DNA from: Chiloscyllium plagiosum
Lineage: Eukaryota
Direction of reading: 5' to 3'
Assembly (NCBI RefSeq): GCF_004010195.1
Contig: NC_057728.1
Location: 51,717,325 to 51,737,324, forward strand
Length of the DNA: 20,000 bases
A program made the translations under genes and the position numbers. The notes under the pieces were generated by a model. The model had not been told where the DNA came from. It worked only from the letters and a program-made list of their open reading frames with translations, and did not search any database. Below, piece after piece: positions 8,758-20,000 of the stretch. Each line of letters opens with the position of its first letter. Positions within the stretch are counted from its first letter, which is position 1.

Positions 8758-9204
8758 GCTGCAGAAGGTCATCAGATGGGTGAAGTGAATAACACAGGCT
8801 GTTGCTTCTTTTAAGAACCCAGTTGAGGAGCTGGATTTCAGTAACATTGAATAATTCAAGTGAATCTTGCACTCATTCTTGGAAGACAGTAACTCATTCT
8901 TGGAAGGCAGTAAATCAGTTAATCTATAGAAAAGGTGAAGAGTCCAAATTGCATCATTCATAGTCAATTTTAAGGACCTTGCAAAGGGATCTGTGCCAAG
9001 AACAGCCAGGAATATACATGCTAAATTCATGCCTGGATATTGTAACTTGAAGTACAGGAAGCCAGAGTGGGTGTAACCCATTTTAGACAATCCCAGTAGG
9101 AGATTTTAAATGCTTCAAGTACAATTGATTTTGTGTATTCTGAATTATGGTCAGATCTATTTTAATTTCTGTCACATTGTTATCAGAGCTCAATTTAAAC
9201 CCAT

Positions 9205-9535
9205 GCCTCACAGCACCAGGGATTCAGGTTCAAGTCTAGCCTCAAGTAACTGTCTATGTGGAGTTTGCACATTTTCCGCATGTTTATGTGGGTTTTCTCT
9301 GGGTGCTCTGGTTTCCACCCATGATCTAAAGATGTGCAGTTCAGGTGAATTGTCCATGCTAAATTGCCCATAGCATTCAGTGATGTGCAGGTTTAGGTGC
9401 ATTAGTCAGGGATAAATCTAGGGTAATAAGGTAGGATAATCGGTCTGAGTGGGTTACTCTTCAGTTGGTGAGGACTTGTTGGGCCGAAAGGCCTGTTAAC
9501 ACTCTCACTCAAGCGATTCTATGATTGTATGATTC
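9205..9535 (+). mobile_element. HE1 SINE, near full length, older
   Basis: gcctcacagcaccagggattcaggttcaag (B-box), gtggagtttgcacatt..., ccatgctaaattgccc, tail gggccgaaaggcctg...gattctatgatt. Confidence 0.85.
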
Positions 9536-11337
9536 AAATTCAAACTGTTGGATAAATGTTTGAAAAATATGCAGGACTATGAAGAATGTGTAGTACAGTG
9601 CATTTGGTTTTGAATTGCTCTAGTGAAGAGCTTGTACAACACATGGGCCAAATACCTTCCTCCTGATTGGCAAACATTCCAGCTTCATTAATGCAATCTG
9701 TTAATCAGTAATGAAATTCTTGTCACCTTCCATCACCACAATTCCCAAACATTGTGCATAAAACTTAACATCATTTGACTAAACTTGATTTTGAAATACT
9801 TCTGTGATCTGGCTAATTTCACCCTTCCTCTTTGTTTAAGAAGTACTTCACACTGATTACTTTGTCCAATTTCATACGATAATGCTGAATGTTCAGCTTA
9901 TTTTAGTTGGTGATAATGTATAGAAAGTAGGGGAGAGCCTGTCTTGAATGTGGAAAAAAAGTTTTAGTAAGTGCGATAAATACTAAATCTAAGATAGTTG
10001 AGCGTCTATTTGCACATAAAAATACTTAAGTTCTTTTTGTGTTTTGCCATTTTTAATAACTACTCACAAGGTAACATCTTACAAACATTAGCAGCAAATG
10101 CACGCAACATCAATCAGTAACGATAAAATGGCAGGTTACTGTTTTGGGTGAGTCCCTTTAGTCAGAAGTCAAGCAATTTGGTTTTTTCTGTTTTCTATTG
10201 ATCAAATATGACCTCTTGACATTTTGTTGCAATAATGAGAGGGATGGGGCTACTTAGTACCTTGAGCCTGTTCTGCGATTTAAATTAAACCCTGGCTAAT
10301 ATGTACACTAACTCCCTCTAACCATCTTTGCCCCATACCCCTTAATACATTTGACTAACAAAAATCTGTCGTAATTTTAAAATTAATAATACATCAGAAT
10401 GATTCCTTGCCAACCTACTCCCCAAGACTGGAATGTCTATAAATTAGTGCGGACCAATTAACTTCAGCCAGACATAGGATGGAAACCCGCACAAAGGTTA
10501 GAGCTGAGAGGATATAGCAGAACCTGTACTACTGTCGACTGCTCTCATTATGAGCACTGGTTTAATTAACAGATCATTGAGGCCGACAGTACAGCTTTGA
10601 GTTTTTCTTTCTTCAGAATCCATCTCACAGTTGATGCCTCATGAAAAGGTCGCAACTATTGTGTGGCACTCAATTAGAGAAAGATGAACAAGTCCCTCCA
10701 ACACTAACCAAAGTGTTTTACCCAGGGAGAGTGGGGTTCTGCTTTGTTAAGTTGGCAAAGGTACGAATGGCATAATTAATTCCAGGTATTGGTACTGACA
10801 AACGTACAACAGACCAGAAAGATTGTGGTACAAAAGATCTAACTCATAGTCATAATCAAACTAAATGGCAATGCGAAGATGTAACCTGCATCAGTGAAAA
10901 GGGTTCTCGGGAAACCTGAAGGCGCAGATAGGAATGCAAGCATCCAGCTCCTTAATTGAGACTCCTTTCCACAAAGCCACTCTAAAGATGATGTTTTATT
11001 TATACTGAATAATTAGCAAACTGAACTGGAATGTGATGCTGGTGGCTATATCAGAGGCAGGCTGTAGGGTGTTTGTTCTTATTTCTCAGGATGTTGGTGC
11101 CTTTTTCTACCTTCTAACAGATCAGGTTTATATGTCAGTACTGTTTGAAATAAATGCATTCACATTCAGAATTACAAATCATGTAAATGTCAGTCTGATG
11201 GCCAGCTTCTGTGTTCATCCAGTTTACACACATTCCCAGAGTTTTTGACAGTGATAATTCACAACTCTGTTGACTATATTGGACTGCATAAAATAATCGC
11301 CTTAATTAAATCTCTTAATCAATTCACCTAACAAAAC

Positions 11338-11730
11338 ATTGTATTTATGCTTTCAACTATGTAAAACATTCCATGGCACTTCACAAATGTTACTGAATAG
11401 AAGTTAACTCTGAGGCATGTAAGGTGAGACTGAGACAAATGACCCAAAGTTCCATCAAAGTGGTAATTTTTAAAGAGTTTCTTTACAAAGGTGTAGGGAG
11501 GGAATTCTGGATCTTAGGGTGCTATTTATTTTGGAGAATAAATGGGGGAATCAGTACAACCAGCAGTCAGTATAGGTCATTGAGCACAGGAATAATGGAT
11601 GAATGAAACTTGAGATGAGCTAGTGTATGGGCAGCAAAAGTTTTAGATGACCTCAAGTTTATGGAGGGTAGAAATTAGAATGTCAGCCAGGAGTTAATTA
11701 GAATTCCTAAATCTAGAGGTAACAAAGGCA
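11338..11730 (-). mobile_element. Ancient L2-type LINE 3' relic
   Basis: ttgtatttatgctttcaac...aaaacattccatggcacttcaca resembles a reversed L2 tail; downstream gggagggaattctgg and tctagaggtaacaaaggcatg are typical reversed L2 ORF2 motifs. Heavily decayed. Confidence 0.5.
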
Positions 11731-11749
11731 TGCAAGACTAATTTATTTG

Positions 11750-12990
11750 TGATGTGTAGCAGTTGCCTATCCCTGACGCCTAGGTGATGAGTTGCCTTGT
11801 TGAACTGCCTCAGTCCTCTGAGTCATTGTACACCTATGATATTTATAGTAAGGGATTTTGACTAACCACAATGAGGAATGATGGTATATTTCCACATCAA
11901 GTTGGCTTAGAGGGAATTTGCCCTTGCTAGTGTTTCCATGTGCATGCTACCCTTGACCTTCTAGTTGATAAGAGATTGTAGATTTGAAATGTGGTGTATT
12001 AGGGGCCTTAAGGAGCTACTGTTAATTACAGACCCTTCTGCCACTGTGGTAAAGCGATGAATGGAGTATCAGTCAGGTGAACTATTTTCTTCTGGACGGT
12101 GCCGAGCTTCTTGAGTGTTGTTGAAATTGCATCATTAAGGAAGTGGAGAATATATCATCAAACTCCTGACTTTTACCTTGCAGGTAATAAAGCTGCATGA
12201 GGGAGATAGGAAGTGAGTTACTTGCTTCAGAATTCCTGGCCTCTAACCCGCTTTTGTAGCCACAGTACTTGTATGGTTATCCAGTTGTTAACTCCCAGGG
12301 TGTTGATTGTGGGATTCAGTGATAATAATACCATTAACTATCAATGATTTGGATTCTGTCTTGTTTGAGAGAGTCATTGCTCAGTACCTTTGCAGTACAA
12401 ATATTGCTTGCCACTTATCAGCCCAATCTTGGATGTTGTTCAGATCTTGATGCCTATGGAATGGACTTCTTCAGTATTTGGTGCTAAACATTGTGCAGTC
12501 ATTGACAGAAATCCCCACTTCTGACTTGATGATGGAAGGAAGGTCGTTGATGAAGATTGTCGCTGTAGATGCTTGGACAGAGGAGAAGACCCTGAATAAC
12601 TCTGCAGAGATATCCTGGGGCCGTGATGACCGAATTTCACAACCACGACCACCTTTCTTTGAGCCAGGTTGGACTCCAAGCAGTGCAGAGTTTTCTCCAT
12701 TTACTCCAGTTTTACAGGGAGTAGGACGTCTTGGTTCGACACTTGGTCAAATGCTGCATTGATGTGAAGGATAGTCGGTGTCACATTGCTTATAGTGTTC
12801 AGCTTTATTGATCATGTTTGGGACAAGGCTGTAGTGGGGGCAGAAACCTGACGGAACCCAAACTGAATGTTAGTGAGGAGGTTACTGCTGAGTAAGTGCT
12901 GTTTTGTAGCACTGTTGATTACCCCTTCTGTTACTTCTCTGATGGTGAAGAGTATGCTAATAAGGTGATAATTACTGGGTTGGATTTATC
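11750..12990 (-). mobile_element. Old CR1-group LINE RT fragment with 3' end
   Basis: Minus-strand translation LESNLAQRKVVVVV and remnants of the DISA..PQG / INDLPS / FxDDCT motifs near 12480-12780; 3' end homologous (inverted) to 17700-18000. Confidence 0.7.
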
Positions 12991-13463
12991 CTTTTTTTTT
13001 GTGTTGTTAAGTATCCTTTTTTTTTAATTTTTCAAAATTATCTGCACTTTCAATGTCTTGCTAAGCAATGGCCTTGCAAATGGCTTAAGTAGCAGCTGTA
13101 ATTGAAACTGACTTTGTGATCAAGGCCTTAAATTCACAAGCTCCCAAAATTAAGGTCTATCAGAAAGCCCAAACAAAGAAGTCCAGAGACCAACCTTGAT
13201 TATTCCTTGGGCCTCATTGTCATTCTGGTGATCAATAGACAATTAGACTTTAAGATCTGACAGTGACTAGTCAAAGCCTAGCTAGTGGTATAAAGCGGCG
13301 ACCCACAGATAAGCTGGGCAGGGGATAGTGGTAGAGGGAGAGTTGTTTAGGAGGAGGGCAGTGACATTTTTAAAAACTGCTTAGTTGAATTGGGATCTGA
13401 GGTCTCCAGTTGCATATTTAATGACCCAGGTTTAGCTTGACTGAACTATTTCCTTTGATTTAG

Positions 13464-14930
13464 CAACCCACGTAAGGCTGCTGGACCAGATAAATAAAGT
13501 GCTCAGAGGTTGCTCTGATGTATTGGTGATGTTCTCGTGGATATCTTCAGCATGTTCCTGAGTTGTGTCATAGTTCCAACATGCTTCAAGGCCGCTACCA
13601 TCGTCCCCGTGCTGAAGAAGGCGTCAGCCCTGTTTCAACGGCTACCGCCCTGTTCTGCTTACACCCATCATCATGAAGTGCTCCGAGAGGCTCATGATAA
13701 GGCATATTAAGACCCTGCTGTGCCCTTCACTGGACAGCCTGCAATTCACATATCAACCCAACTGCTCAACAGATGATGCCATTTCTATCACCCTCCATCT
13801 GGCCCTCACCCACTTTGAAAAGAAGGGCACCCACGTCAAACTACTGTACATAGACTTCAGTTCTGCATTTAACACTATCATTCCTCAGCACCTGATTGGA
13901 AAGCTGAGTCTGCTGGGCCTAAATGCCTCCCTTTGTAACTGGATCCTGGATTTCCTGACTGGGAGACCTCAGTCAGTCCCAATTGGGAACGGTATCTCCA
14001 AAACCATCACACTGAGCACAGGGGCCCTTCCAGGGCTGTGTACTCAGTCCACAATGTTCACCTTGCTCACACACGACTGTGCAGCAATGCACAGGTCAAA
14101 TCACATCAAGTTTGCTATGGTATGACTGTAGTGGGTCTCATCAGCACGAACGACAAGTCAGCATACAGAGAGGAGGTGCAGAGGGTAACGGACCAGTGCA
14201 GAGCCAACAACTTGTCTATGCTGGACATCGACAGCTCCCTTGTGAGATCATGAAGAGCACCAAATTTCTTGGTGTCCATTTAGTACAGCATCTCACCTGG
14301 GCGATCAACGCCAGTTCCATAGGCAAGAAAACCCAGCAGTATCGCTAATTCTGCACAGACTGACGAAAGCTCACCTCCTACCTCCACATCCTCACCACAT
14401 CCTACCCTAAGCTGCTGCATCACTGCCTGGTTCGGGAATCACACCATCTCAGACTGTAAGACCCTACAACGGATAGTGAGGACAGCTGAGAAGATCATCG
14501 GGGTCTCTCTTCCCTGCATTACAGACATTTACATCACACGCTGCATCTGAAAGGCAGAGAGCATTGTGGAAGACCCCACACATCCCTCACTCAAACTCTT
14601 CTCCCTCCTGACATCTGGCAGAAGATACCGGAGCATTCGGTTTCTCACTGCCAGACTGTGCAACAGTTTCTTCCCCCAAACCATCAGGCTCCTTAACACA
14701 ATATGATTGGACTCTTTTCCCATCTGAAATCCTTCGTACAATCCTTTGAATTGCTGCTAGAAAAATATCTATTATTTGTCAATCTTTTATTGCCGTGTAA
14801 CTTGCGTGTTTTGCAGTTTTTATGCACTTTATGCCGTGTACGAGTGTGTAGCACTCTCTGTCGTGGAGGAACGCTGTCTCATTTTTGCTGTATCAGTTGT
14901 ATATGGGTAGAAATGTCAAAAAAAAAAAGC
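13464..14930 (+). mobile_element. Rex1/Babar-type LINE, 5'-truncated, degenerate RT and 3' UTR
   Basis: NPRKAAGPD at the start; ORF 13673-14125 MKCSERL...LDSLQF...STDDAI...[15 protein letters not shown]...[16 protein letters not shown] is characteristic of Rex1/Babar RT. Frameshifted, with an A-rich end at 14918-14928. Confidence 0.85.
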
Positions 14931-15014
14931 TTCTCACGCTCACACTCACTCTGTCACTGTCTGAATGTGGAGTTATGATCTGAAGTTAGAACTAGAGCCG
15001 CCTTGGGCCTTGTC

Positions 15015-15242
15015 AAGAAATCCTTCTTTAAGCAAAGAGTAGTGGAAATATTGAAAACTACCTCCCGTAAGGTTGTGGATGCTCGGGATCATTTGAAGAC
15101 TTTAAAACAGATTGATCATTTCTATTGGTTAAACATCAAGGTTTATGGTGAAAGCTGAGAGAAACAGGGTTGATGCATAGACAGCTAGGATCTACTTGAA
15201 TGGTAGGAATAGGCTTAATGAGCCAAATGGCCTAACTGTTCC
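15015..15242 (+). mobile_element. Old CR1 3' end relic
   Basis: ttctttaagcaaagagtagtggaaatattgaaa... ending ttgaatggtaggaataggcttaatgagccaaatggcctaactgttcct. Confidence 0.55.
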
Positions 15243-15834
15243 TCAATCAATGTTGTGATCAACCATTTTGTGTCTTTTGACTTAATTTAAATAGACATTC
15301 AATATGTAGCGTTCCAACCTGAACTGTGAAACCTGCACAAGCATCATTCCCCTTGACAGTTTACATTTACACCCTAGTGGCAGTCTGGCCAAGTCCCAGC
15401 TTGCTATTATGGAGCACTTTTCATTTGACTTTTATACTGGTGAGTTCACAGATGTTGCAGTTGCTTCGGCTCTGAATGATTGTGTCCAGGTTTTGGGCAG
15501 TTCCTGGCAATAGCCCGATGGGACGCAGATGCAGAGTATTGTGGCGCCCCTGATGTAGAGCAGAAGAAACTGCACAGAAGCTACAGGCTCAAGCAAGCAT
15601 CTTTCTTATTTTAAGTTCATGTAATGATCTCTGCCTCAATAGCCACTCTTTCATCTCGTTTGTTATGGTTGGCTTGGGAAATGAAGGGATTAGAACTCAT
15701 CCCAAGAAAAGTGAGATATGTAAGATCTGGTTCAGCACTATTATTTAAAGAAAAGGAACCGTGTTTAACCAATTTACTGGAGTTCTGAGGAAGTAAAGTG
15801 CTGTGAATAAAGGGGACCTGGTGGACATACCATA

Positions 15835-16011
15835 TGGGGGATTCCTGATTTATGGGTATCTGAGATACAAATGTGAACCCATACAGGGATGTAACTTTAA
15901 ACAGCTCCTGAACAGCCACTTTATGCTGTCCTGCATTATATTTCACTTACGTACAATTTGACTTATAAATGGACGCAAGAACAGACCCATTTGCAACCCG
16001 GGGACTGCCTG
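15835..16011. mobile_element. Tc1/mariner-superfamily (Tigger/pogo-like) MITE nested in CR1, TA target duplication
   Basis: TA at 15833-34 and 16012-13; right end gcaacccggggactgcctg is TIR-like while the left end is degenerate. Excision restores the CR1 RT frame VDIPYLKFKKIFDK. Confidence 0.65.
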
Positions 16012-16712
16012 TACTTAAAATTCAAGAAGATATTTGACAAGATGTCATATCAATGGTTATTGCAGAAGATAAGAGGTCATGGTGTAGGTGGTGACAAATT
16101 GGTAAGGGTTGAAAACATTGATTTAAAAGGAAATAGTGAGTGTGTATAAATGGGTCATTCTCTGCTTGGCAGGATATGAAAGTGGTGTGCCACAGGGATC
16201 AGCACTATAAGGCCTTGACTTTTTACAATTTATATAAATGACTTGGCTGATGGAGCAGAAAGTACAGTTGCTAAGTTTGCTGATACCACAGGCAGGAAGC
16301 CATAAGGAGGCGACAAAGGGTATAGGTAGGTTAAGTGAGCGGCAAAGAACTGGCAAATAGACTAAAATGGGGAAAATGTGAAATTGCCCATTTTGGTTGG
16401 AAAAAGAAAAGTGTCAATTGTGAAAAATGTAGACCTCTGAGATGCAGAGGAATTGGGTATCATTGCACATGAATTGCACTAGGTTAAAAAGCAGGTACAA
16501 CAAGTAATTTATAAAGCTAATATTATGTTGTTTATTAAGAAGGGACTTGAAAACAAAAATAGGGATACCATATCTTAAATGTGTCACTCATGCCCTGTTT
16601 AACTGGACTAGTATTGGTCTGCTTTCTAAAGGAAGGTTTACCGGGCTAATACCTGGAATTACTGGCTTATCTTCTGAGGAGAGGTCGGACAAGGTAGGTT
16701 TGTATCCACTAG

Positions 16713-17073
16713 GTTTTTTTGTATTCACTCAATGGCAGTGGGTGTCACTGGCTAGGCCAAAATTTATTGCCTTTACATTTACAGTTGTAACAAAATACAG
16801 TTCAGAATTAACTATATTGCTTTGCGTCTAGAGTTGCATGTAGGCAGACCAGGTAAGTATAGCAGACTACCTTCCCTGAAGGACATTAATGAATCAAATG
16901 TGTTTTTCTAAACCAGTGATTTCATGGTCATCATTAGATCTTAATTCCTTATTTTTAATTGAATCCAAACTCCGCCATCTGCAGTGGTGGGATTCAGATT
17001 CTGGTTCCCAGATTATTACCAGAGTCTCTGGATTAATAGTCGAGCGATAATGCCACTGGGCCATTGCCTCCCC
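16713..17073 (-). mobile_element. tRNA-derived SINE (non-HE1) with CR1-type tail, nested in CR1
   Basis: Minus-strand head GGGAGGCAATGGCCCAGTGG...GAATCCCACC. Its tail gtcactggctaggccaaaatttattgcc matches 2806-2835 and, inverted, 17970-17995. The host CR1 frame resumes at about 17076. Confidence 0.7.
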
Positions 17074-17584
17074 ATATTTAGAAGAGTAAGAGGTGACTTA
17101 ATTGAAACCCGAGGAGTCTTGGCCATGGTATATCTGGAAAGAATTGTTCCTCTTGTGGGAAGATATCAAAGGAAGGCATTGCTCTTTAAAAATAAGAGGT
17201 GACTATTTAAACAGAAATAATTTTTTTTCTCCCAGTGGTCATGAGTCTTTGAAACTCTCTTCTTCAAAGGGCAGTGAAAGTAGACCTTTGCCTTTTGAGG
17301 AGAGTTCTAGTGAAAGCAGTGTCTTTGGATGCTTTTAAGAAAGCGGTAGGTAGATTCTTGATAAGAAAGGGCCTGGAAGGTTTTTAGATTGGTAGGAATA
17401 TGGAGTAATCTGATCAGCCATGAGGTGTAAATCTACACCTTCTAACTTGTATATTTGTAAATGGGAAGTAAGGAACAGGTCGTGGATTTCCAATATCTTT
17501 CCTGCTAATGTGTGATCGGTGTGCTATAAGGTTAGGTGGAATGAGTGTGAACTTTGCTTGCAAGTCTGGAGTATGTTGAACATA

Positions 17585-18005
17585 TAATGACCTGTTGATC
17601 ATAGACACTTGATCAGCACCTCATCTATCACCTTCACCATTCAGTTCCTCCATCACAAATGCACACAAACAGCACTGTGTAGCAATATACAGAATACACT
17701 GCAGCAACTCACAATTCAACAGCATCCTCCAACTACATGAAATTTATCATTTAGAAAGATGAGGACAGCATACACCTGGGAACGCCACCACTTGTAAACT
17801 CTCCTTTTAGCTATACACGTTCCTGACTTGGAAATACGTCATCATTCCTTCACTGCTGCTAAGTCAAAATCCTGGAACTCCCTGTGAGAACTACGGCTGT
17901 ACCTACACCCAATGATCTAAAGGAATTCAAGAAGGCAGCTCACTACCTCAAAGGGCGTTTGAAATGGATAATAAATTCTGGCCTTGTCAGTGATGCTCAT
18001 ATGAC
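17585..18005 (+). mobile_element. Old CR1-group LINE 3' end (same family as 11750-12990)
   Basis: cactgcagcaactc...cctgacttggaaata...ttccttcactg...aaaatcctggaactccct...ttcaagaaggcagctcac...aataaattctggcc. Confidence 0.65.
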
Positions 18006-18667
18006 ATAAAGCAATGTGGAAAATACTTAAATTGAGAGATGTGTGTGAACTCTGAAATTTTAAAGTTTTAAACCATAAACTTCTAAAACTTTTAATGCAC
18101 GTTATTAGACATTTTGTGTTATATTTGTGCATACTGCAGCTTATGCTTTTGATTAGAAAATCATCTTTAAGGCAGGCAGAACACAGGATAGATATAATTG
18201 GATTATCTGTGAAGAAGTACAAAAAGTTCCCTTTGAAGAGATTAAACTGACTGACAATTTTATAATTAAACTCTCCTAAACAATGACGATATGAGATGGG
18301 CTTGCCAGTCTGAATCCACTGGAAAATACTCAAAGATCACTAGAATTCACACAGGATGCATTTTGGAAGACAAGATCATTTGATTTACTCAAGTTAAATC
18401 TATTCTGAGAGAGTGTTGAGCACAGAAGTTGTGTTGCGGATGCTGGGGTGACAAGTTATGTACAGCAAATACCATGGAGGAGGCCAGCGACTGAGATAGT
18501 GGTTTTTAAATCTGTTTATTAGGATTTGACTTTGCATTTAGAACCACTAAATCAATTCTGGCATAATGATTTGTTTGGAAAATATTCTGACTTACTATTG
18601 AAAGCTTTTGGTAAGCAGTAAAGTATGAACCTAACCATTCATGAAAATTATCTTTTCTTTCCCCCAG

Positions 18668-18788
18668 GGAGCAGATAATCAAACCAATGAGGGTTAAACC
18701 AGATGGTACGATAGGTCCATTGGAGGAAGCAGCAAATGAATACACCAGTGATCACAATTCCACTTCAGATTCTGATGAAAACATCTAG
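18668..18788 (+). CDS. RIC8B: RIC8B terminal coding exon (stop TAG at 18786-18788)
   Basis: Strong acceptor tcttttctttcccccag| and phase-2 start. Translates to (R)EQIIKPMRVKPDGTIGPLEEAANEYTSDHNSTSDSDENI*. KPMxxKPDGTIxPLEEA resembles RIC8B rather than RIC8A. Confidence 0.93.
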
Positions 18789-19108
18789 CAGTGCAATTGA
18801 AATCCCTTTACCAAACTCAGCCTACTATTTTCACAGTATACATTTGTCAGTTGGAGAAAAAAATGGTTTGCAGCATGAAATGCATTGGGTATCTGTAATG
18901 GTGTCTGATAGCTGTCCAGAAAGACGGCCTTTACCAGCAGAGAAGAGGTTTTCTATTTTATTTCTTCCACACTATATTTATACCATCATTTGTAAAGCCA
19001 GAGAATGCTCAGTTTTCTAATATTATCCAGTTCCGTAACTGACAGCATGAGCACACTACCCAGGAAGTCTGTTATTTCCCTGACCTGTATTGGAGTTGGA
19101 ATAAAAGG
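18789..19108 (+). other. RIC8B 3' UTR (partial; runs into an assembly gap)
   Basis: Non-repetitive sequence directly after the stop codon; AATAAA at 19100-19105. Confidence 0.7.
19100..19105 (+). promoter_or_regulatory. Candidate polyadenylation signal AATAAA
   Basis: AATAAA about 310 nt after the stop; the cleavage site and downstream element would fall in the N gap, so it cannot be verified. Confidence 0.4.
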
Positions 19109-19608
19109 NNNNNNNNNNNNNNNNNNNNNNNNNNNNNNNNNNNNNNNNNNNNNNNNNNNNNNNNNNNNNNNNNNNNNNNNNNNNNNNNNNNNNNNNNNNN
19201 NNNNNNNNNNNNNNNNNNNNNNNNNNNNNNNNNNNNNNNNNNNNNNNNNNNNNNNNNNNNNNNNNNNNNNNNNNNNNNNNNNNNNNNNNNNNNNNNNNNN
19301 NNNNNNNNNNNNNNNNNNNNNNNNNNNNNNNNNNNNNNNNNNNNNNNNNNNNNNNNNNNNNNNNNNNNNNNNNNNNNNNNNNNNNNNNNNNNNNNNNNNN
19401 NNNNNNNNNNNNNNNNNNNNNNNNNNNNNNNNNNNNNNNNNNNNNNNNNNNNNNNNNNNNNNNNNNNNNNNNNNNNNNNNNNNNNNNNNNNNNNNNNNNN
19501 NNNNNNNNNNNNNNNNNNNNNNNNNNNNNNNNNNNNNNNNNNNNNNNNNNNNNNNNNNNNNNNNNNNNNNNNNNNNNNNNNNNNNNNNNNNNNNNNNNNN
19601 NNNNNNNN
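19109..19608. other. Assembly gap (500 N)
   Basis: Run of N. Confidence 1.
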
Positions 19609-19609
19609 G

Positions 19610-20000
19610 TCCTGTCATTGCTGTTCCAAAGTCATTCCTTCTGGTTTCATCTTCCAGTCAATTATTGCCAGCTCCACTATCGTGCAGCTGAACTTGCCTT
19701 CTTTCGACTGTTATACTGTTAGCTCAGAATCCATGTTCTCCTTAAAGATTGCATTGTACGTTCCAGCATGTCATGGTCACTGATCTAGGAATTTCTTTAA
19801 CTTTCGCACCCTTATCAAATCTATGTCACTGCAAAACAGTAAATAATAAACTGTCTCTTCTGCATGGGATCCACCAAAAGGTGCTGAAAGAAAACGTCTC
19901 ATAGACGTTCTACAACTAAGTTTTGATGCGATCCACGACCAATCTGATTTTGCACTCTATCTGAACATTGAATTCAATCATTATTACTGTAATCTTGCCT
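19610..20000 (-). mobile_element. Highly degenerate CR1 endonuclease-region relic
   Basis: Minus strand reads roughly LERL*DVFFQHLLVDP and contains an SDH codon run (catggtcactg on +), as in APE-domain C-termini of CR1 ORF2. Confidence 0.45.

Larger units (their letters stand above)
15755..17425 (+). mobile_element. Old CR1 LINE RT and 3' end, interrupted by a MITE and a SINE
   Basis: CLTNLLEF (about 15760), YLKFKKIFDK...LLQKIRGHGV, SGVPQGS (about 16180), FAD (about 16277), LYPLG then FRRVRGDLIET across the SINE insertion. Confidence 0.8.

Noticed and set aside
18736..19020. 94-aa ORF overlapping the RIC8B end
   Set aside because: It is an alternative frame running into the 3' UTR; the splice phase supports the frame ending at 18788.
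18986..19691. 210-228 aa ORFs
   Set aside because: They span the 500-N gap and are not real.

Overview
Eukaryotic vertebrate genomic DNA, most likely a shark (HE1-type V-SINEs with a CR1-derived tail; inference). The window holds the last four coding exons of a RIC8 (synembryn, G-alpha GEF/chaperone) gene on the + strand, best matching RIC8B: 2939-3083, 4628-4772, 6222-6341 and 18668-18788 (stop), all with GT-AG boundaries and compatible phases. The introns are dominated by repeats: HE1 SINEs, CR1-group LINE fragments of different ages, an L2 relic, a Rex1/Babar LINE, a nested TA-flanked MITE, other tRNA-derived SINEs and short Penelope-like terminal repeats. There are two assembly gaps (5121-5417 and 19109-19608). 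Most interesting: (i) three sense-strand minimal hammerhead-ribozyme cores inside the Penelope-like repeats, one nearly complete with a long stem I (3806-3877); (ii) a repeat-free island at about 15270-15615 with splice-compatible candidate alternative exons that would give RIC8B a different C-terminus; (iii) a symmetric 120-nt exon matching the skippable Ric-8B exon 9; (iv) inverted repeats flanking three exons (possible circRNA); (v) an imperfect palindrome next to a strong cryptic acceptor at 10.5-10.6 kb. Most ORFs in the supplied track are repeat-derived or spurious.
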